Shown piece after piece: positions 1-13,421 of a DNA stretch of 64,000 nt. Location: contig NC_068982.1 in assembly GCF_001194135.2 (NCBI RefSeq), positions 64,683,377 to 64,747,376 on the forward strand. Direction: 5' to 3'. Under the pieces are notes generated by a model. That model was not told the origin of the DNA, did no database searches, and saw nothing but the letters and a program-made list of their open reading frames with translations. Numbering within the stretch: the first letter of the stretch is position 1; each line of letters starts with the position of its first letter. Both the position numbers and the translations under genes were made by a program. The stretch is from Octopus bimaculoides (lineage: Eukaryota).

Positions 1-180
1 TATATACACATATATACAACGGGCTTCCTTCAGTTTCCATCTACCAAATCCACTCAAGGCTTTGGTCGGCCCAAGGCTATAGTAGAAGACACTTGCCCAA
101 GGTGCCATTCAGTGGGAATAAACCCGGAACCATGTGGTTGGTAAGCAAGCTACTTACCACACAGCCACTCCTGCACCTAT
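1..180 (-). mobile_element. SINE family A, tRNA-head half (cut by window edge)
   Basis: Reverse complement of GGAGTGGCTGTGTGGTAAGTAGCTTGCTTACCAACCACATGGTTCCGGG..., shared with many copies in the window. Confidence 0.8.
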
Positions 181-569
181 ATATATCATCATCATCATAT
201 ATATATATATATATATGTATACACACACACACACACACACACAGTATCAATTTACTCAAAAACAGGTGAGGGTTGGCAACAGGAAGGGCATCCAGCCATA
301 AAAAAATCTGCCTAAACAAATTCCATCCAACCCCTACAAACATGGAGAAGTGGATGTTAAAACAATGATAATGATGTTAATGATACACTCACTCACATAT
401 GCTCCATGGATTTTTGTGATACATGAAAGAATTAAGTTTTTATCACCCCATATCCCTTAATCATTTAATCTTGTATTGTGTTACTTAATCCTTTTTTTCT
501 TTCTACATCATTCTGGCTATTAATTGTCAGATTAATGAAATTCTGAATTCCATTTTTTTCCATGTTCAG

Positions 570-744
570 CTGCCAGCCTCATATCATTGAAATGTTACAG
601 AAGTTCGATATTGGTCTTGATAAAATCTACGTTGAGGGAATGAAATTCATACAAATAACAGATGGCTCAATCAAATCTTATGCTACTCCCATACCAAACT
701 TATCTATTCTTTCAATGTTGGACTTGTTCGTTTTTTTACGGAAG
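570..744 (+). CDS. MAO-like: Monoamine-oxidase-like flavoprotein, first exon in window (internal exon; N-terminal exons lie upstream)
   Basis: Acceptor ttcag|C and donor AAG|gttagt. Encodes CQPHIIEMLQKFDIGLDKIYVEGMKFIQITDGSIKSYATPIPNLSILSMLDLFVFLRK, which aligns with the MAO segment after the GGQW/GGSY motif. Ends in phase 0, matching the next exon. Confidence 0.8.
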
Positions 745-999
745 GTTAGTATATTCTTAAGTAACTTTAATAGGATTAATGCCTCATCTTCTGGTTTATT
801 TTTGAAGTAACTTTTGTGGTCAGAACCATAACAATAAAAAACATCATTCACTTGTCTCCTTGTTAATTGTATATTAATGTGTGCTTTTGTGTATGTGAGT
901 ATTTGTTTGTGTGTTTGAATATATATTACATGAGTGTGTGTAGTGTGCACGCGCGTGTACACACATACATCATCATCTTTTTAATGTCCATTTTTTTAT

Positions 1000-1455
1000 G
1001 CTTGCATGGGGTAGATAGAATTTTGAGAAGGGGGGCCAGTCAATTACATTGACCTCAGTACATGACTGGTACTTATTTCATCAGCTGCCAAAGGAGTGAA
1101 TGGCAAAGTTGACCTTGGCAGAATTTGAACTCAGAATGTAATGGCAGAGTTCAATAAGTCCACAGGACTAGGCATTTTGCCCAGGATGCTAACGATTCTG
1201 CCAACTTACTTACTGTCTTAGAAATATAACTAACTAATCCTTTCTAGTAAATGCACAAGGCCTGAAATTTTGTGGGAAGGGTAAGTCGAATACATTGACT
1301 CTAATGTTTCTCTGGTACTTAATTTATCGACCTTGAAAGGATGAAAGGCAAAATCAATCTCAGCAGAATTTGAACTCAGAACATGAAGATGGACAAAATA
1401 TGCTTTCAGAACACCTAGATCTTTCCTGCTAATGATTCTGCCAGCTCGCCGTCTT
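1000..1455 (-). mobile_element. Two tandem SINE family B copies (tRNA head plus Nin/Deu-like core)
   Basis: Reverse complement of the GGCGAGCTGGCAGAATC..GTTCTGAGTTCAAATT..GCCTTTCATCCTTT..GTCGATAAATTAAGTACC consensus. Boundaries approximate. Confidence 0.8.
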
Positions 1456-2509
1456 AATATATATATAACGAAATAATAACATATATATAACATGGCACCT
1501 TCAACATAAGACATACAGGTATAGAGAACCATTTAAAATGCCTTTTTGAATGTTCTCTTCTATAGTTATGCTGGCTCCTCCAGCCTAAATCAGTAACTTT
1601 ATTAACTGACCAATAATTGGCTTTTATAATAGAATTAGTGAAAGGAACAGACAAAGAGAATGTGAACTCCACAACCACATCCCATGCTACATATCTTATT
1701 CCAAATAAGAACAGATATGAACTAGGGAAGAACTGCCTTGAAATAAATGACCCTCAGATCACATGACAACTATCTGAAAAATAGGAAAGGACACATTAAA
1801 TGATGATCTGAAAGAATGATGGTCACAGCTGGAATACAATGTTAAGCTGGTTTTAAATGGCAGCTACAATAAAACACTGGAGATATGTCTGTAATGACAT
1901 GACATTCACACATATTTTATAGTGCTTTGGTGTAACTGAGGACTTATTGAAGAGTGCAGAGAACCAACACAGCTGTTTCATGCTTTCTAGTTTCCTATAT
2001 TATTCTTCTGAGTTTGAACACTGCCAAGTTTAAATGTGGCCTTGTTCTGTAACTTCTTAGAGTTGATAGATATGTAGCAGTGCTACATTAGATTTAGTCC
2101 AAGTGATTGTTGGAAGCATTTGGGACTATAGTGTCATGTCAAATCATATCCTACAATCTTTAGAAATAAAGGTGGGAAGAGATATTGAACAGATAGTGCA
2201 TACATCTTGACTTCCCAAGGTCCAATTTTGTAACCATTCAGACAAACAAGTAGAACCATTTTCTGTATGAAATGACCACAAGCAGGCAAACACTATTTGA
2301 TCAACTACCACATCTAAAATGTATTGTTTCTCTAGACACTCCAATTTCAGTGTCTAACAGCTGATTTGGTAGAAGTGCACAAGATTATCCACTTCTTTCT
2401 AAGAACAAGTTTGGCCACCCTTTTGAATTTAGTAGTACCTCTGCCACCAATAGACATCAAAAACAAAACAATGCTCATAACTTTTGGAAACATCTTTTCA
2501 CATTCAACG

Positions 2510-2992
2510 ACTGGCACCCATGCCAACATCGTCTCCTTCATTGGACACGAAACTCAGCTTGCGAAGACTTGTTGGGGCAAGTGANNNNNNNNNNAGCTTG
2601 CGAAGACTTGTTGGGGCAAGTGAAAGCGAAATCGGGATGGCACCTGTGCCCAGCGTCGCCTTTCTGGCACTTGTGACCATGACATGTGTATGGATTTTCG
2701 AGCGAGATCGTTGCCAGTGCCCCTGGACTGGCTCTTGTGCAGGTGGAACATAAAATGCACCATTTTGAGTGTGGCCATTGCCAGTACCGCCTGACTGGCC
2801 TTCATGCGGGTGACACATAAAAGCACCCACTACACTCTCTGAGTGGTTGGCGTTAGGAAGGGCATCCAACTGTAGAAACTCTGCCAAATCAGATTGGAGC
2901 CTGGTGTAGCCATCTGGTTTCACCAGTCCTCAGTCAAATCGTCCAACCCATGCTAGCATGGAAAGCGGACGTTAAACGATGATGATGATGAA
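2510..2992 (+). mobile_element. Repeat family C (RTE-type 3' tail with internal tandem units)
   Basis: Tandem TTGCCAGT..GACTGGC..GCACC units, then GGAAGGGCATCCA..GGAAAGCGGACGTTAAACGATGATG(ATG)n. Other copies at about 6385-6671, 28830-29240, 37050-37150, 37500-37700, 53340-53540, 55430-55788(-) and 59757-59965(-). Confidence 0.8.
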
Positions 2993-3475
2993 TTGTAAAA
3001 GCGTGGAATAAACTACCATATTCGTCATTAACTGTTTGGACACTACATCCTTCAAAAATTCTATGCTTCCCAAAATTTGCGAACACTACTCCTGACAAGC
3101 TTATGCACCCTTTCCTCTTTATGGCTCTTTTACTGTTCATTTTTCTGTCTTCTGTGCTTAATTCTGTGTACTGTATGCATACTTCTAGCTTTCTGTTGCT
3201 GTCTTTCTTTTCTTGACTTATGTCTGCTTTCTGCCCCTTCCTTTAACTTGCTCTGACAAGTCGCAGTACACCTGATCACTGCATACAATAAGTTCATTAT
3301 TATCATTAAACAAAAAGTTAACAAGTTTACAAATAGAGTTTTTTCTCTTTGTTTATGCAGTCAGTATTTCAAATATATTTTACATTGTTACCTATCGTGA
3401 ATACTAATATCTTTTAGAAATTGTGTTGCTACATAGACAATTATTTGTTCTAATATTTTTCATACAAATAACTAT

Positions 3476-3636
3476 AGGCATAGGAGTGGCTGTGTGGTAA
3501 GTAGCTTGCTTACCGACCACATGGTTCCGGGTTCAGTCCCACTGCGGGACACCTTGGGCAAGTGTCTTCTACTATAGCCTCGGGCCGACTAAAGCCTTGT
3601 GAGTGAATTTGGTAGACGGAAAGTGAAAGAAGCCCG

Positions 3637-3690
<54 letters not shown>

Positions 3691-3918
3691 GTGTGTGTGT
3701 TTGTGTGTCTGTGTTTGTCCCCCCCCACACACACACACACACAATCGCTTGACAACTGATGGTGGTATGTTTACGTCCCTGTAACTTAGCGGTTCAGCAA
3801 AAGAGACCGATAGAATAAGTACTAGGCTTCCAAAGAATAAGTCCTGGGGTCGATTTGCTCGACTAAAGGCGGTGCTCCAGCATGGTCACAGTCAAATGAC
3901 TGAAGCGAGTAAATGAGT
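3476..3918 (+). mobile_element. SINE family A, full-length copy with internal (TA)n(TG)n microsatellite
   Basis: tRNA-like A/B-box head, internal microsatellite at about 3638-3705, and 3' half ending GTCAAATGACTGAA..GAGTAAA. Same layout at 30104-30509(-) and 63560-63927(-). Confidence 0.85.
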
Positions 3919-4989
3919 ATAAGCCAAGAGAATATATTCTCACACGTAGTTATATATGACAATATATTTCTATTAAATTTTCTTTTATGTGTAACATTTT
4001 TGTTTATAACCTGTATTTTACCCATGATAAAAAAATAAATAAACTCCCTAACTTAAGAGATTGTTGGGATCTTTTCAATACCGACCTGCCTGAGACCACT
4101 TCAGATTTTATGATGCAAACTTCCTGTTTTAAGGTGATTTAGATTAAAATCTTCCATCAAAATCTCATGTTAATTTATGTTCCTAACACCAGCTTGTTAA
4201 TGACCAAGTTAGTTTGCTAAAGTCTTCTTCACAAAAAAAAAGGTGATGTATTTCAACAGAGATATAAGAGAAGAGATAACTGTTATCTAATGTGTCCTTT
4301 CCTTATTTAAGACAGTAGAGTGTGATTCAATGTGTATGTATGGAATGTGTGGACATGTATAGGGTGTATGTCTCTACACATGCACATATAGCCATATAGG
4401 CAAAGCCGAAAGTATACTAGCTACATCCAGTGGGAGCAGATGACTATGTGTGTATGTATAAATATGTACGTAAGTGTTTTTGTTGTAATATTAGTATAAG
4501 TGTGAACTCATATAGTGATTAACACACAAGCGGACATATGTGCGTCTGTGCCCTTGTGTGTGCATATATACATATGTACGTGTGTCTATATGTGTGTGTG
4601 CATATATATGACAGTATGTATGTATATGTGGGCATATATGCATCTATGTATATAGATGTATATAAATATTAATAGGTCTGTGTATGTACATGAAACATGT
4701 ATAAATGGGGAGTGTGTATGTGTACATATATGTGTATATAGGCATATATGTTGGGCTATAACTGTGTGTTGAATAGTCATTAAGAGTTATGACCTTACCA
4801 CACCAGCAAGGGTGGGTAGCTATCAAAAGATTTATCACCAGCATTTTATCCACAGATATGTGACAGAGGGTGTAAACCAATGAGGGAGACCTCTACATGG
4901 TAGCTAGACCTGGTAGAAATAGCAGCCAAATCTCCCTCGAAACACCCTACTGTCTTAATCCAACAATTCTGCCTACCATGTAGTTTGAA

Positions 4990-5215
4990 TGAGAAATTAA
5001 TGTTGCTGGTTACATTGAGGTGCTGGAAACTGTTATCAAGCCCTGGATTGACGAAGTATGCAATGGAAGCTCATGAATGTCTCAACAAGACTCAGCACCT
5101 TCTCACAAAGCCCTAGTCACCCAAGAATGGTTGTCAGACAATTTTTATGATTATGTAACATCCAATATGTGGCCTCCAAACTCACCAGATTTGAACCCCA
5201 TGTGTGGAGCATTGT
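4990..5215 (+). pseudogene. Tc1/mariner-superfamily transposase remnant
   Basis: Translates YIEVLETVIKPWIDEVCNGSS*MSQQDSAPSHKALVTQEWLSDNFYDYVTSNMWPPNSPDLNP, containing the QD.AP.H and WPP.SPDLNP motifs. Confidence 0.8.
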
Positions 5216-5310
5216 TAAAAATAGTGTAAACTGTGAAACTAGTTAAAGCTTCAAATATATTAATAAAATACATTTTAACTATTCTCAGTGCATTTTCAAC
5301 TTCTATTTTT

Positions 5311-5346
<36 letters not shown>

Positions 5347-6671
5347 TATCATCATCATCAACATTTAACATCCTTTTTCTATGCCTGCATGGGTCAGATG
5401 GATCCATGCAAGCATGGAAAAGTTGACATTAAAATGGTGGTGGTGGCGGTGGCGGCAGCAGGGACAATATGTGTGCGTGTGTGAGTAAAATACACATAAA
5501 AATCATGTTTTAGAAAGATCAGTGGCTCTGAGGACAAAGTGACAAGAGTAAACCTTGCAGGGAAGTGATTTGTATTCAGGACTTTGTTAACTGAGAACTT
5601 GTTACCACAGTGCAGTACTAATAATTTACAGTCATCACAACTTCATTAGCCTTGAGCACTGTACTGGGATACACACCAGTGCATAGGATCAGCAACTATT
5701 GTACTCAAATTACATCTATGTCACCATCCTCCACTGTGGTTACTATGGGGATCTACAGATGTACAGAGATATATTGGACAGTGGTCAGAGAACAAAATAT
5801 GTCCAAATTGTCTCATTTTACCCCATCTAAATTAAATGAAGAAGACAGTGTGCAGTTACTCAGCATTCTAGAAAAAGTAGCCAAATTTCCTTCAAACCAC
5901 AACCTAGAGACATATTTGACTAAAATCCTTTTAATCATAGATCTATTCAGTTAGGGATGAACTGGACCTGATCAACAACTACTGCTGTTTGTTGGAGATT
6001 GCAATGTGGTCTTCATGTAGGTGAAAGTATAATGAGCTTATTGTATACAGCGCTCAGTTGCACTAGAACTCATTAGAAAAGTCATATTTATCCCCAATCA
6101 AATGTGGTTGTTCTCTTAGAACAAACTTTACTGTGGTAATTACCACGAGAGAAACTCTCATATTGACTTTTTAGTGTAAAATGCACTCTTGTTTATATCA
6201 CTAGCAGGGTGACAAATTCCCTCTACATCCAGCACAAAGCCAATATGAGAGTTTCTATCATGGTGTCTACTGCAGTAAAGTTTGTTGTAATAGAACATCC
6301 ACATTTAAGTTGGAATGAATATTATCTCCAGGTATTAATACTGCCTCCGTTGCTAATATATATTCATCAGCCCACTTATGTGTACTACACTTGCGAAGAC
6401 CTGTTGAGGCAAGTGAAATCGAAATCGAACTAAATTCGACGACTGGCCCCCCCATGCCAACATCTCCTCCATTGGACACTAAACTCTGCTTGCGAAGACT
6501 TGTTGGGGCAAGCAAAAGCGAAATCATGATGGCACCACCTTTCAAGCGTGATCGTTACCAGCGTCGCCTTCCTGGCACGTGAAAAGACATTCGAGTGAGA
6601 TTGTTGCCAGTGCTGCTGGACTGGCTCCTGTGCAGGTGGCACGTAAAATACACCATTTTGAGCATGGCCGT

Positions 6672-7448
6672 NNNNNNNNNNNNNNNNNNNNNNNNNNNNN
6701 NNNNNNNNNNNNNNNNNNNNNNNNNNNNNNNNNNNNNNNNNNNNNNNNNNNNNNNNNNNNNNNNNNNNNNNNNNNNNNNNNNNNNNNNNNNNNNNNNNNN
6801 NNNNNNNNNNNNNNNNNNNNNNNNNNNNNNNNNNNNNNNNNNNNNNNNNNNNNNNNNNNNNNNNNNNNNNNNNNNNNNNNNNNNNNNNNNNNNNNNNNNN
6901 NNNNNNNNNNNNNNNNNNNNNNNNNNNNNNNNNNNNNNNNNNNNNNNNNNNNNNNNNNNNNNNNNNNNNNNNNNNNNNNNNNNNNNNNNNNNNNNNNNNN
7001 NNNNNNNNNNNNNNNNNNNNNNNNNNNNNNNNNNNNNNNNNNNNNNNNNNNNNNNNNNNNNNNNNNNNNNNNNNNNNNNNNNNNNNNNNNNNNNNNNNNN
7101 NNNNNNNNNNNNNNNNNNNNNNNNNNNNNNNNNNNNNNNNNNNNNNNNNNNNNNNNNNNNNNNNNNNNNNNNNNNNNNNNNNNNNNNNNNNNNNNNNNNN
7201 NNNNNNNNNNNNNNNNNNNNNNNNNNNNNNNNNNNNNNNNNNNNNNNNNNNNNNNNNNNNNNNNNNNNNNNNNNNNNNNNNNNNNNNNNNNNNNNNNNNN
7301 NNNNNNNNNNNNNNNNNNNNNNNNNNNNNNNNNNNNNNNNNNNNNNNNNNNNNNNNNNNNNNNNNNNNNNNNNNNNNNNNNNNNNNNNNNNNNNNNNNNN
7401 NNNNNNNNNNNNNNNNNNNNNNNNNNNNNNNNNNNNNNNNNNNNNNNN
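6672..7448. other. Assembly gap (largest N run)
   Basis: N run. Other gaps at 2585-2594, 14343-14352, 15989-15998, 19791-19942, 21245-21401, 45545-45626, 55789-55855 and 63711-63734, most next to microsatellites or SINEs. Confidence 1.
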
Positions 7449-8224
7449 TATATATATATGCATATATGACGGGCTTCTTTCAGTTTCCGTCTACCAAATC
7501 CACTCACAAGGCTTTGGTCAGCCCGAGGCTATAGTAGAAGACACTTGCCCAAGGTGTCACGCAGTGGGACTGAACCCAGAACCATATGGTTGGTAAGCAA
7601 GCTACTTACCACACAGCCACTCGAAAAGAATGTTTCCAAAAGTGCAGTGCTTTTGTTTTGTTTTTTTTTCTAATTTTATAAGCATGTTTATGATTAGTAG
7701 AGCTATTGAATTCAAATAGGTGGCCAAAGTTGTTGTTGGAAAGATGATGAACTGTTTTGTAAGCTTCTACCAATCTACCAAGTCAGCTGCTAGATTTTGA
7801 AACTTTAGTGTGTCAATGCCCAGAGAAGCATTATATTCAAGATATCTTGAACAACAGAACTGATGTCACACACACCTGACTACCTGTGTGTGGGTGGGTG
7901 TATGATAGGTATGTTTGACCAGTACCTCCCAGGAATTACACAATAATAACTAAGACAAAATAAAGATAAAAGCCAACAAATTGTTACCCTTGAAAATATT
8001 AATTACAGTATTGTGCTATAGAGTCAAAATGAAATACTAATGCATCATCATAATCATCATCATCATTATTGTCATAATATTGTTATTGGCCTTCACCTCA
8101 AGTCAAAAAACCTTGAGGGCTCACTCATGTCTTCTGAAGGCCTGATATTATGTGTTGGAAATCTGAATAGTTCTTGTGGGGAGCAGCCCATTAGAGTCAG
8201 TGTTTCAAGTTGATATAAAATAAA

Positions 8225-8352
8225 TAAGTCATCTCTTGCATCATCATCCTCATCATGATCATTATCTTCATCATCACCATCATCATCGTCATCACCATCA
8301 CCACCACCATCATCACCATCACCATCATCATCATCATCATCACTATTATTAT
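8225..8352. repeat. (CAT)/(CAC)n trinucleotide microsatellite
   Basis: Directly visible imperfect CAT/CAC array just upstream of the exon at 8411. Confidence 0.9.
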
Positions 8353-8410
8353 GATTTGTAAATCATTCTAACTATTGTACTCTGAATCATGCTGTTATGA
8401 CTTCTTGCAG

Positions 8411-8525
8411 ATTAATAAAATGTGTGAGGAAATTGATGTTTACAACCCATATTCTCATCCAAATGCTGCTGTTTGGGATAGCATGACCTTACAAGAATTT
8501 ACCAGAGCAAATGCATGGACAAAAG
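8411..8525 (+). CDS. MAO-like: MAO-like exon
   Basis: ttgcag|ATT ... AAAG|gtacat. INKMCEEIDVYNPYSHPNAAVWDSMTLQEFTRANAWTK resembles MAO [31 protein letters not shown]. Phase 0 to 1. Confidence 0.92.
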
Positions 8526-8794
8526 GTACATATAAATTTATATATATCAACCATTTGAAATAGTTGACTGTTATTTATTTATAACTCACTCATATTGTCA
8601 ATTTTGTCTAGCTTCCATCAGTTTCCATATACCAAATCCACTCACAAGGCTTTGGTTGGCCTGAGGTTATAGTAAAAGACATTTGCCCAAGGTGCCACTC
8701 AGTGGAATTGCACCCAAAGCCATGTGGTTGTGTATCCTTGAATGTGGTGTCCCAATAAAAGACTAACAAAACAACAATAATCTCTTCCTTTTAG

Positions 8795-8952
8795 CTGCAA
8801 TCCATTGTTCAGAAGCTGCTACACGTTGTATGTTTGGAAAGGAAACTAGTCAAATATCCTTGCTGCACTACTTATATTATGTCAAGGCTGGTGGTGGAAT
8901 TGATGCTTTGCTGGAAGCCACCAATGGTGCTGCTCAAGAATTCAGTATAAAG
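8795..8952 (+). CDS. MAO-like: MAO-like exon
   Basis: ttttag|CT ... AAG|gttggt. AAIHCSEAATRCMFGKETSQISLLHYLYYVKAGGGIDALLEATNGAAQEFSIK resembles MAO EVSALWFLWYVKQCGG..STTNGGQERKF. Phase 1 to 0. Confidence 0.92.
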
Positions 8953-9393
8953 GTTGGTAGAACTTTTCATTCTTTTAATTTATTTAATACAGATATACAT
9001 TATTTTTTCTGTGTCAACACAGTTAGCTGTTTGTTTACATATAATACCAATCCATCTAGCCAGCCAGCTAGCCATGTCAGAGGATAAATAGCATGTTTGG
9101 TTACCTCTGACATTTTGAGGGAGTGCTTACATGGTTGTTTGCCCTGGTAGAAAGAGCAGTTAAATATCACTTATAATCACTGGATTATTGCTAAAAGCTT
9201 GAAAGAATGAAGAAGTTATTAAAGCAGCATACAAACTTAAATAAATGTAATTAACATTGAATATTTGCAGCACAGGAGGTAAAGTTATAAAGCAAAAATA
9301 TTGAAGTTTCTTTTTCATAGATATAATCAGTACTGCCCCCCATGTTTTGACACACACACACACACACACACCACACACACACACACACACAAA

Positions 9394-9760
9394 CTTTATG
9401 GTGGCCATCAATATGTTACTATGGTGAAAGGTATATCTGGCAAGAATGTTGAGATGCTGGAACAACAGTAATTAGATGTGTGCTGTGTGCAAGAAGTAAG
9501 ATGGAGGAGGACATCAATCAGGTTTCTCTTGAGCAAGAAACAAGGTACAAATTCTTCTGAATGTGTAACAGTGCTGAGGTGTGTAGAGTAGACATATTGT
9601 TGGCAGAGAAATAAATAAAGTAATTGAGAAAGCTAGTATATGTGACAGAATAATTAAATCAAGTCTTTTCACAGGTAACACAATAGTAATAGTTGTATAT
9701 GAAATCAGGATTGATGGATGAGCAAAAGGACCATATCTATGAGACTTTCTAGCAAACCAC
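9394..9760 (+). pseudogene. Decayed RTE-type AP-endonuclease remnant
   Basis: With frameshifts it reads like the RTE EN N-terminus: VATIN..MVKG.SG..VEML...DVCCVQEVRWR.....RYKFF....VDILLAE....DRIIK. Confidence 0.6.
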
Positions 9761-12029
9761 TTCAATAATGAATTATAACAACCTTGTTATCATAACTGTG
9801 ACTTTAATAGACATGTTGAACAATAACATGATGGCTACTCTGACGAACATGGAGGTTGCAGATATGGTACTGGGAATGGAGATATCAAGTCTCTTAGAGT
9901 TGGTGACATAAATTATTAAACCATTTGTAGCACCAACTTTGGGAAAGAAATAATATTTGTATCAATGAAGGAATATCTATACGGTCGCTTGCACTGCTAG
10001 ATATAGCAACCAAATATCCCTCACATCATACCTACTGTCTTTAAAAAAGAAGACACATTAGACAGTGCATTCCCTGATATACAAATTGATGATCACAGCT
10101 AAATTGCCTTTAATTATTGTTATGTCTCAAGCTACTGCTATCTAGCACCTTCGGATGATCTCTACTCAACCGCTACACAACTGCTACTTAACTGCTACTC
10201 AACACACCTACCAGGCCAGACTACCTCTATTTATATGTCTTGGGAGATCCCAATTCTTCACCTGGGGGTGTCGACACAGCAATTATAGATTTCCTTGATC
10301 TGTTTTATAACCCATGCTGTATAGGTACTTTAGAAATTAGGCTTTGCTACCAAACTTTGTGCTATTATGCAAATGAGTTATACTTGCCATAATTTTTTTA
10401 CGTTAATATTTTGAGAAGGAGAGATAATGGAACTCTGATGAGGTGTAAAGACAGTGGAACTGATCAGTTCAATCCTCATGCAAAACTGCTGAAAATGCCC
10501 TCATGGGTCTAATTTCAGAGCAAGACTAAATGCATATAGATATGATTCAATATTTTTTCAATGCAAACATGCATTTTTCTATTGCTTCACATATTTTACT
10601 TATTATTATTATTGGTTAGGTAGATTTTTATGGATTTTTGAAAGTTTGGTAGATTTTGGTAGAATTTTTAAAGTTTGACATTTGTTTATTGTTGAAATAA
10701 TTCTTTTTACTGCCAGACATCATGACATAGGAGTGAACTCTGAACCCAACCAGACAAAATAAGGACAGAGGTATAACATGATGGGTCTCCTCTCTTGGAT
10801 TGGTTGCTTTCTCTCACATTGCACTATAAGGACACCTGCTGTGGGAGCTCTTTCTGACACATTCTATCAATTCCTTTGTGCTCCAAGGTTTGGTTCTTTT
10901 CTCCATGCTTTTTCTTCCATACATCAACAATCTATTCATATTTACCATCACCTCCAGCCACACCTGATTCAACAAATATAACACCCTTCATTTGTGCTTA
11001 ACTTTTCATACCTGAATGTTATTCATATGGACTATACCTTCACCTATGTTCGCCATTCACTGCATTTGCCTCTGTCTCCCCTATTGATCTGCCACTCTCC
11101 CAAACTCTTGTGAACTTACCTTCCCACTTAACTTATCCAACTCTCTGTAACACTTTTTTCCACCCGATCTGTAACTTGAGGACACATCCTCATCACAATC
11201 TTCTATCTTTTCCAACCAGGGTAACCATGTATCTCCCCTATTGCAAGACACCTGTTCCTGTTTCTCTATCATACTTTAACCTCTCATCATCTGGTACAAA
11301 GCCACCTCCCTCAATACTACACTCACCTAATTTGAGGAGTCTTGTTTTGTAAGGTACTTAGCAATCTCACTGGTGCCATTTCCAAATAAAACGTACCTAG
11401 TACACTCTGTAAAGTGGTTGCTGTTAGGAAGAGCATCCAGCCATAGAAACTATGCCAAAACAGACATTGATGCTTGGCATAGTTCTGTTGTCAAATTTAT
11501 GAAACCATGGAAAATGGATGATGACTGATGATGATGGACCCCAATACTTCACACAATATCTGCATTGACTCTATAAACAGAGATCTCATCCTCTTATGGG
11601 ATTACACCAGTCTTTGTCTCCCTCTACAGTACAAAGATGCAATCAGTAGATGCATCAAGAAACCATTATCTCATTCCTACAACATACAATTAGAACCTTC
11701 AAGTTCACTACAAGTGTTACCCTCACCATCACTGAGGATCTCATGTAGAAAATTCACATCTGCAGCCTGTCCAGAATTGCTCTTTGAAAGTGACCTGCCC
11801 CTTTGAAACTAGAAAATGCTGCAGCAACAGCAACTATTATAGCTAACCTGTGACAAAGCTCACAATGGAGTACTACTCCAACATCTCAGACCTTGCTGCT
11901 GCTACACATACAAACATTGCATCAAAATCAAAGTAATTCAATAGTTTGTTATGAAGTCATTCACCAACAAACTTTAACTTCTCTCCGCCACGTGTCTTTT
12001 TTTATAAGCATTTTGCTTGACATGCTAAG

Positions 12030-12870
12030 GATTCTGCCAACTCACTACCTTAACAATAACAACAGCAATAATAGTAATAGTCCTTTCTTATTTTGACACA
12101 AGGCCAGTAATTTTTAGGCAGGGGGAATCAATTATATTGACCTCTGCTCAGCCGGTACTTATTTTATCATTCCTGAAAGGATGAAAAGCAAAGACAACCT
12201 CGACAGAATTTGAACTCAGAACATATGCACTAAATACCACTAAGCATTTTACCTGGCATGCCAGCAATTCTACCTGCTCATTGTCTTAATAGTAATAATA
12301 ATAATCCTTTCTACTACAGTCACAAGACCTCAAATTTGATGAGAGGGGACTAGTCGATTACATCAACACCCAGTGATTCACTGGTACTTAATTTATTGAC
12401 CTCAAAATGATGAAAGGCAAGGTCAACCTCGGTAGAATTTGAACTCAGAACATAAGGATAGACAAAATGCCCCTAAGCATTTTATCCAGCATGCTAATGA
12501 TTCTGGCAGATTGCCACCTTAATGATAACAAATAATATAATAATAATAATAATCCTTTCTACAACAGGCACAAGGCCCGAAATTTGTGGGCTAAGGGAGT
12601 TGTCACTTATATCTACCTCAGTGCGCCCAGTGCTCAACTAGTACATATTTTATCAACCCTGAAAGTGTGAAAGATCAAGTCAACCTTGGCAGAATTTGAA
12701 TTCAGAACATGAAGGTGGAAAAAATCCTGTGCCAAAAGGATGAAAAGCAAAGTTGACCAGAGCAAAATTTGAGTTCAAAGTGTAAAGACAGACAAAATGC
12801 TGCTAAGCATTTTGCCTGTCATGCTAATAATTCTGCCATCTTGCCACCTTAATAATAACAACAACAATAA
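12030..12870 (-). mobile_element. Head-to-tail array of about 4 family B SINEs
   Basis: Repeated AATTTGAACTCAGAA / GATGAAAGGCAA cores separated by (AAT)n tracts. Confidence 0.8.
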
Positions 12871-13421
12871 TAAACAAGGACTCTACTCCTTAGAACAGGC
12901 TGCTCTTGTCTCTGCTTATGCATCCACTGTTCTCTCATATCTATGTAATGACTTCTTCACTAGAGCCCACAAACTCATCAACTGCACCCTTTAATGTTGG
13001 TCCTCTATAATTCTTACCCTGTTGTCGTTAACTCACAAATGTTCAAAAGAAGCACAAACCACGTTGGTCTCTCTGATAACAAAGAGCTTGCAAGAGTCAA
13101 AGACACAAAACCCTTTCTTCAAAATAAGCCAATGAAAAAAGAACAACAAAAGTAACATGATGAAGTAGGTAGGATTAAAATCATGATTAGTAATTTAACA
13201 CACCAACCATACAGACATTGCATCTCTCAATTTAAATGCTATCATTTTTTTTTTTGCTTTGTTTGTTATCAATTTATATATTTACCTTCATTCAATTGGT
13301 ATCTAATTGTTTTTGTAGACCTTTGTCATTTTGTGCTGCTTGTTGTTTTCATTGTTATTGCTGCTGCTACTAATGCTACTTCTCCAGCTATTGTTGTGTT
13401 GTTGTTATTATTATTAATAAG

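Noticed and set aside
1965-2030. ACAGCTGTTTC (minus-strand GAAACAGCTGT) as another hammerhead
   Set aside because: There is no matching CUGANGA box and the cleavage triplet would be GUG. It lies in a decayed SINE-like segment.
2555-2625. Tandem duplications flanking 10-N gaps (here and at 15910-16077)
   Set aside because: Identical sequence on both sides of a minimal gap is typical of unmerged overlapping contig ends, so these are treated as probable assembly artefacts.
2504-2923. Recurrent ORF MKPDGYTRLQSDLAEFLQLDALPNANH (also 55504 and 59820)
   Set aside because: It is the antisense reading of the family C repeat tail, not a gene family.
5652-6030. 100-aa ORF and a nearby LLFVGDCN motif
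   Set aside because: There is only a weak resemblance to a LINE endonuclease GD.N motif. It is too decayed to call and does not fit the MAO-like exon chain.
6542-7596. Several ORFs of about 300 aa in the ORF track
   Set aside because: They consist almost entirely of X from the 777-N gap. The same applies to ORFs over the other gaps.
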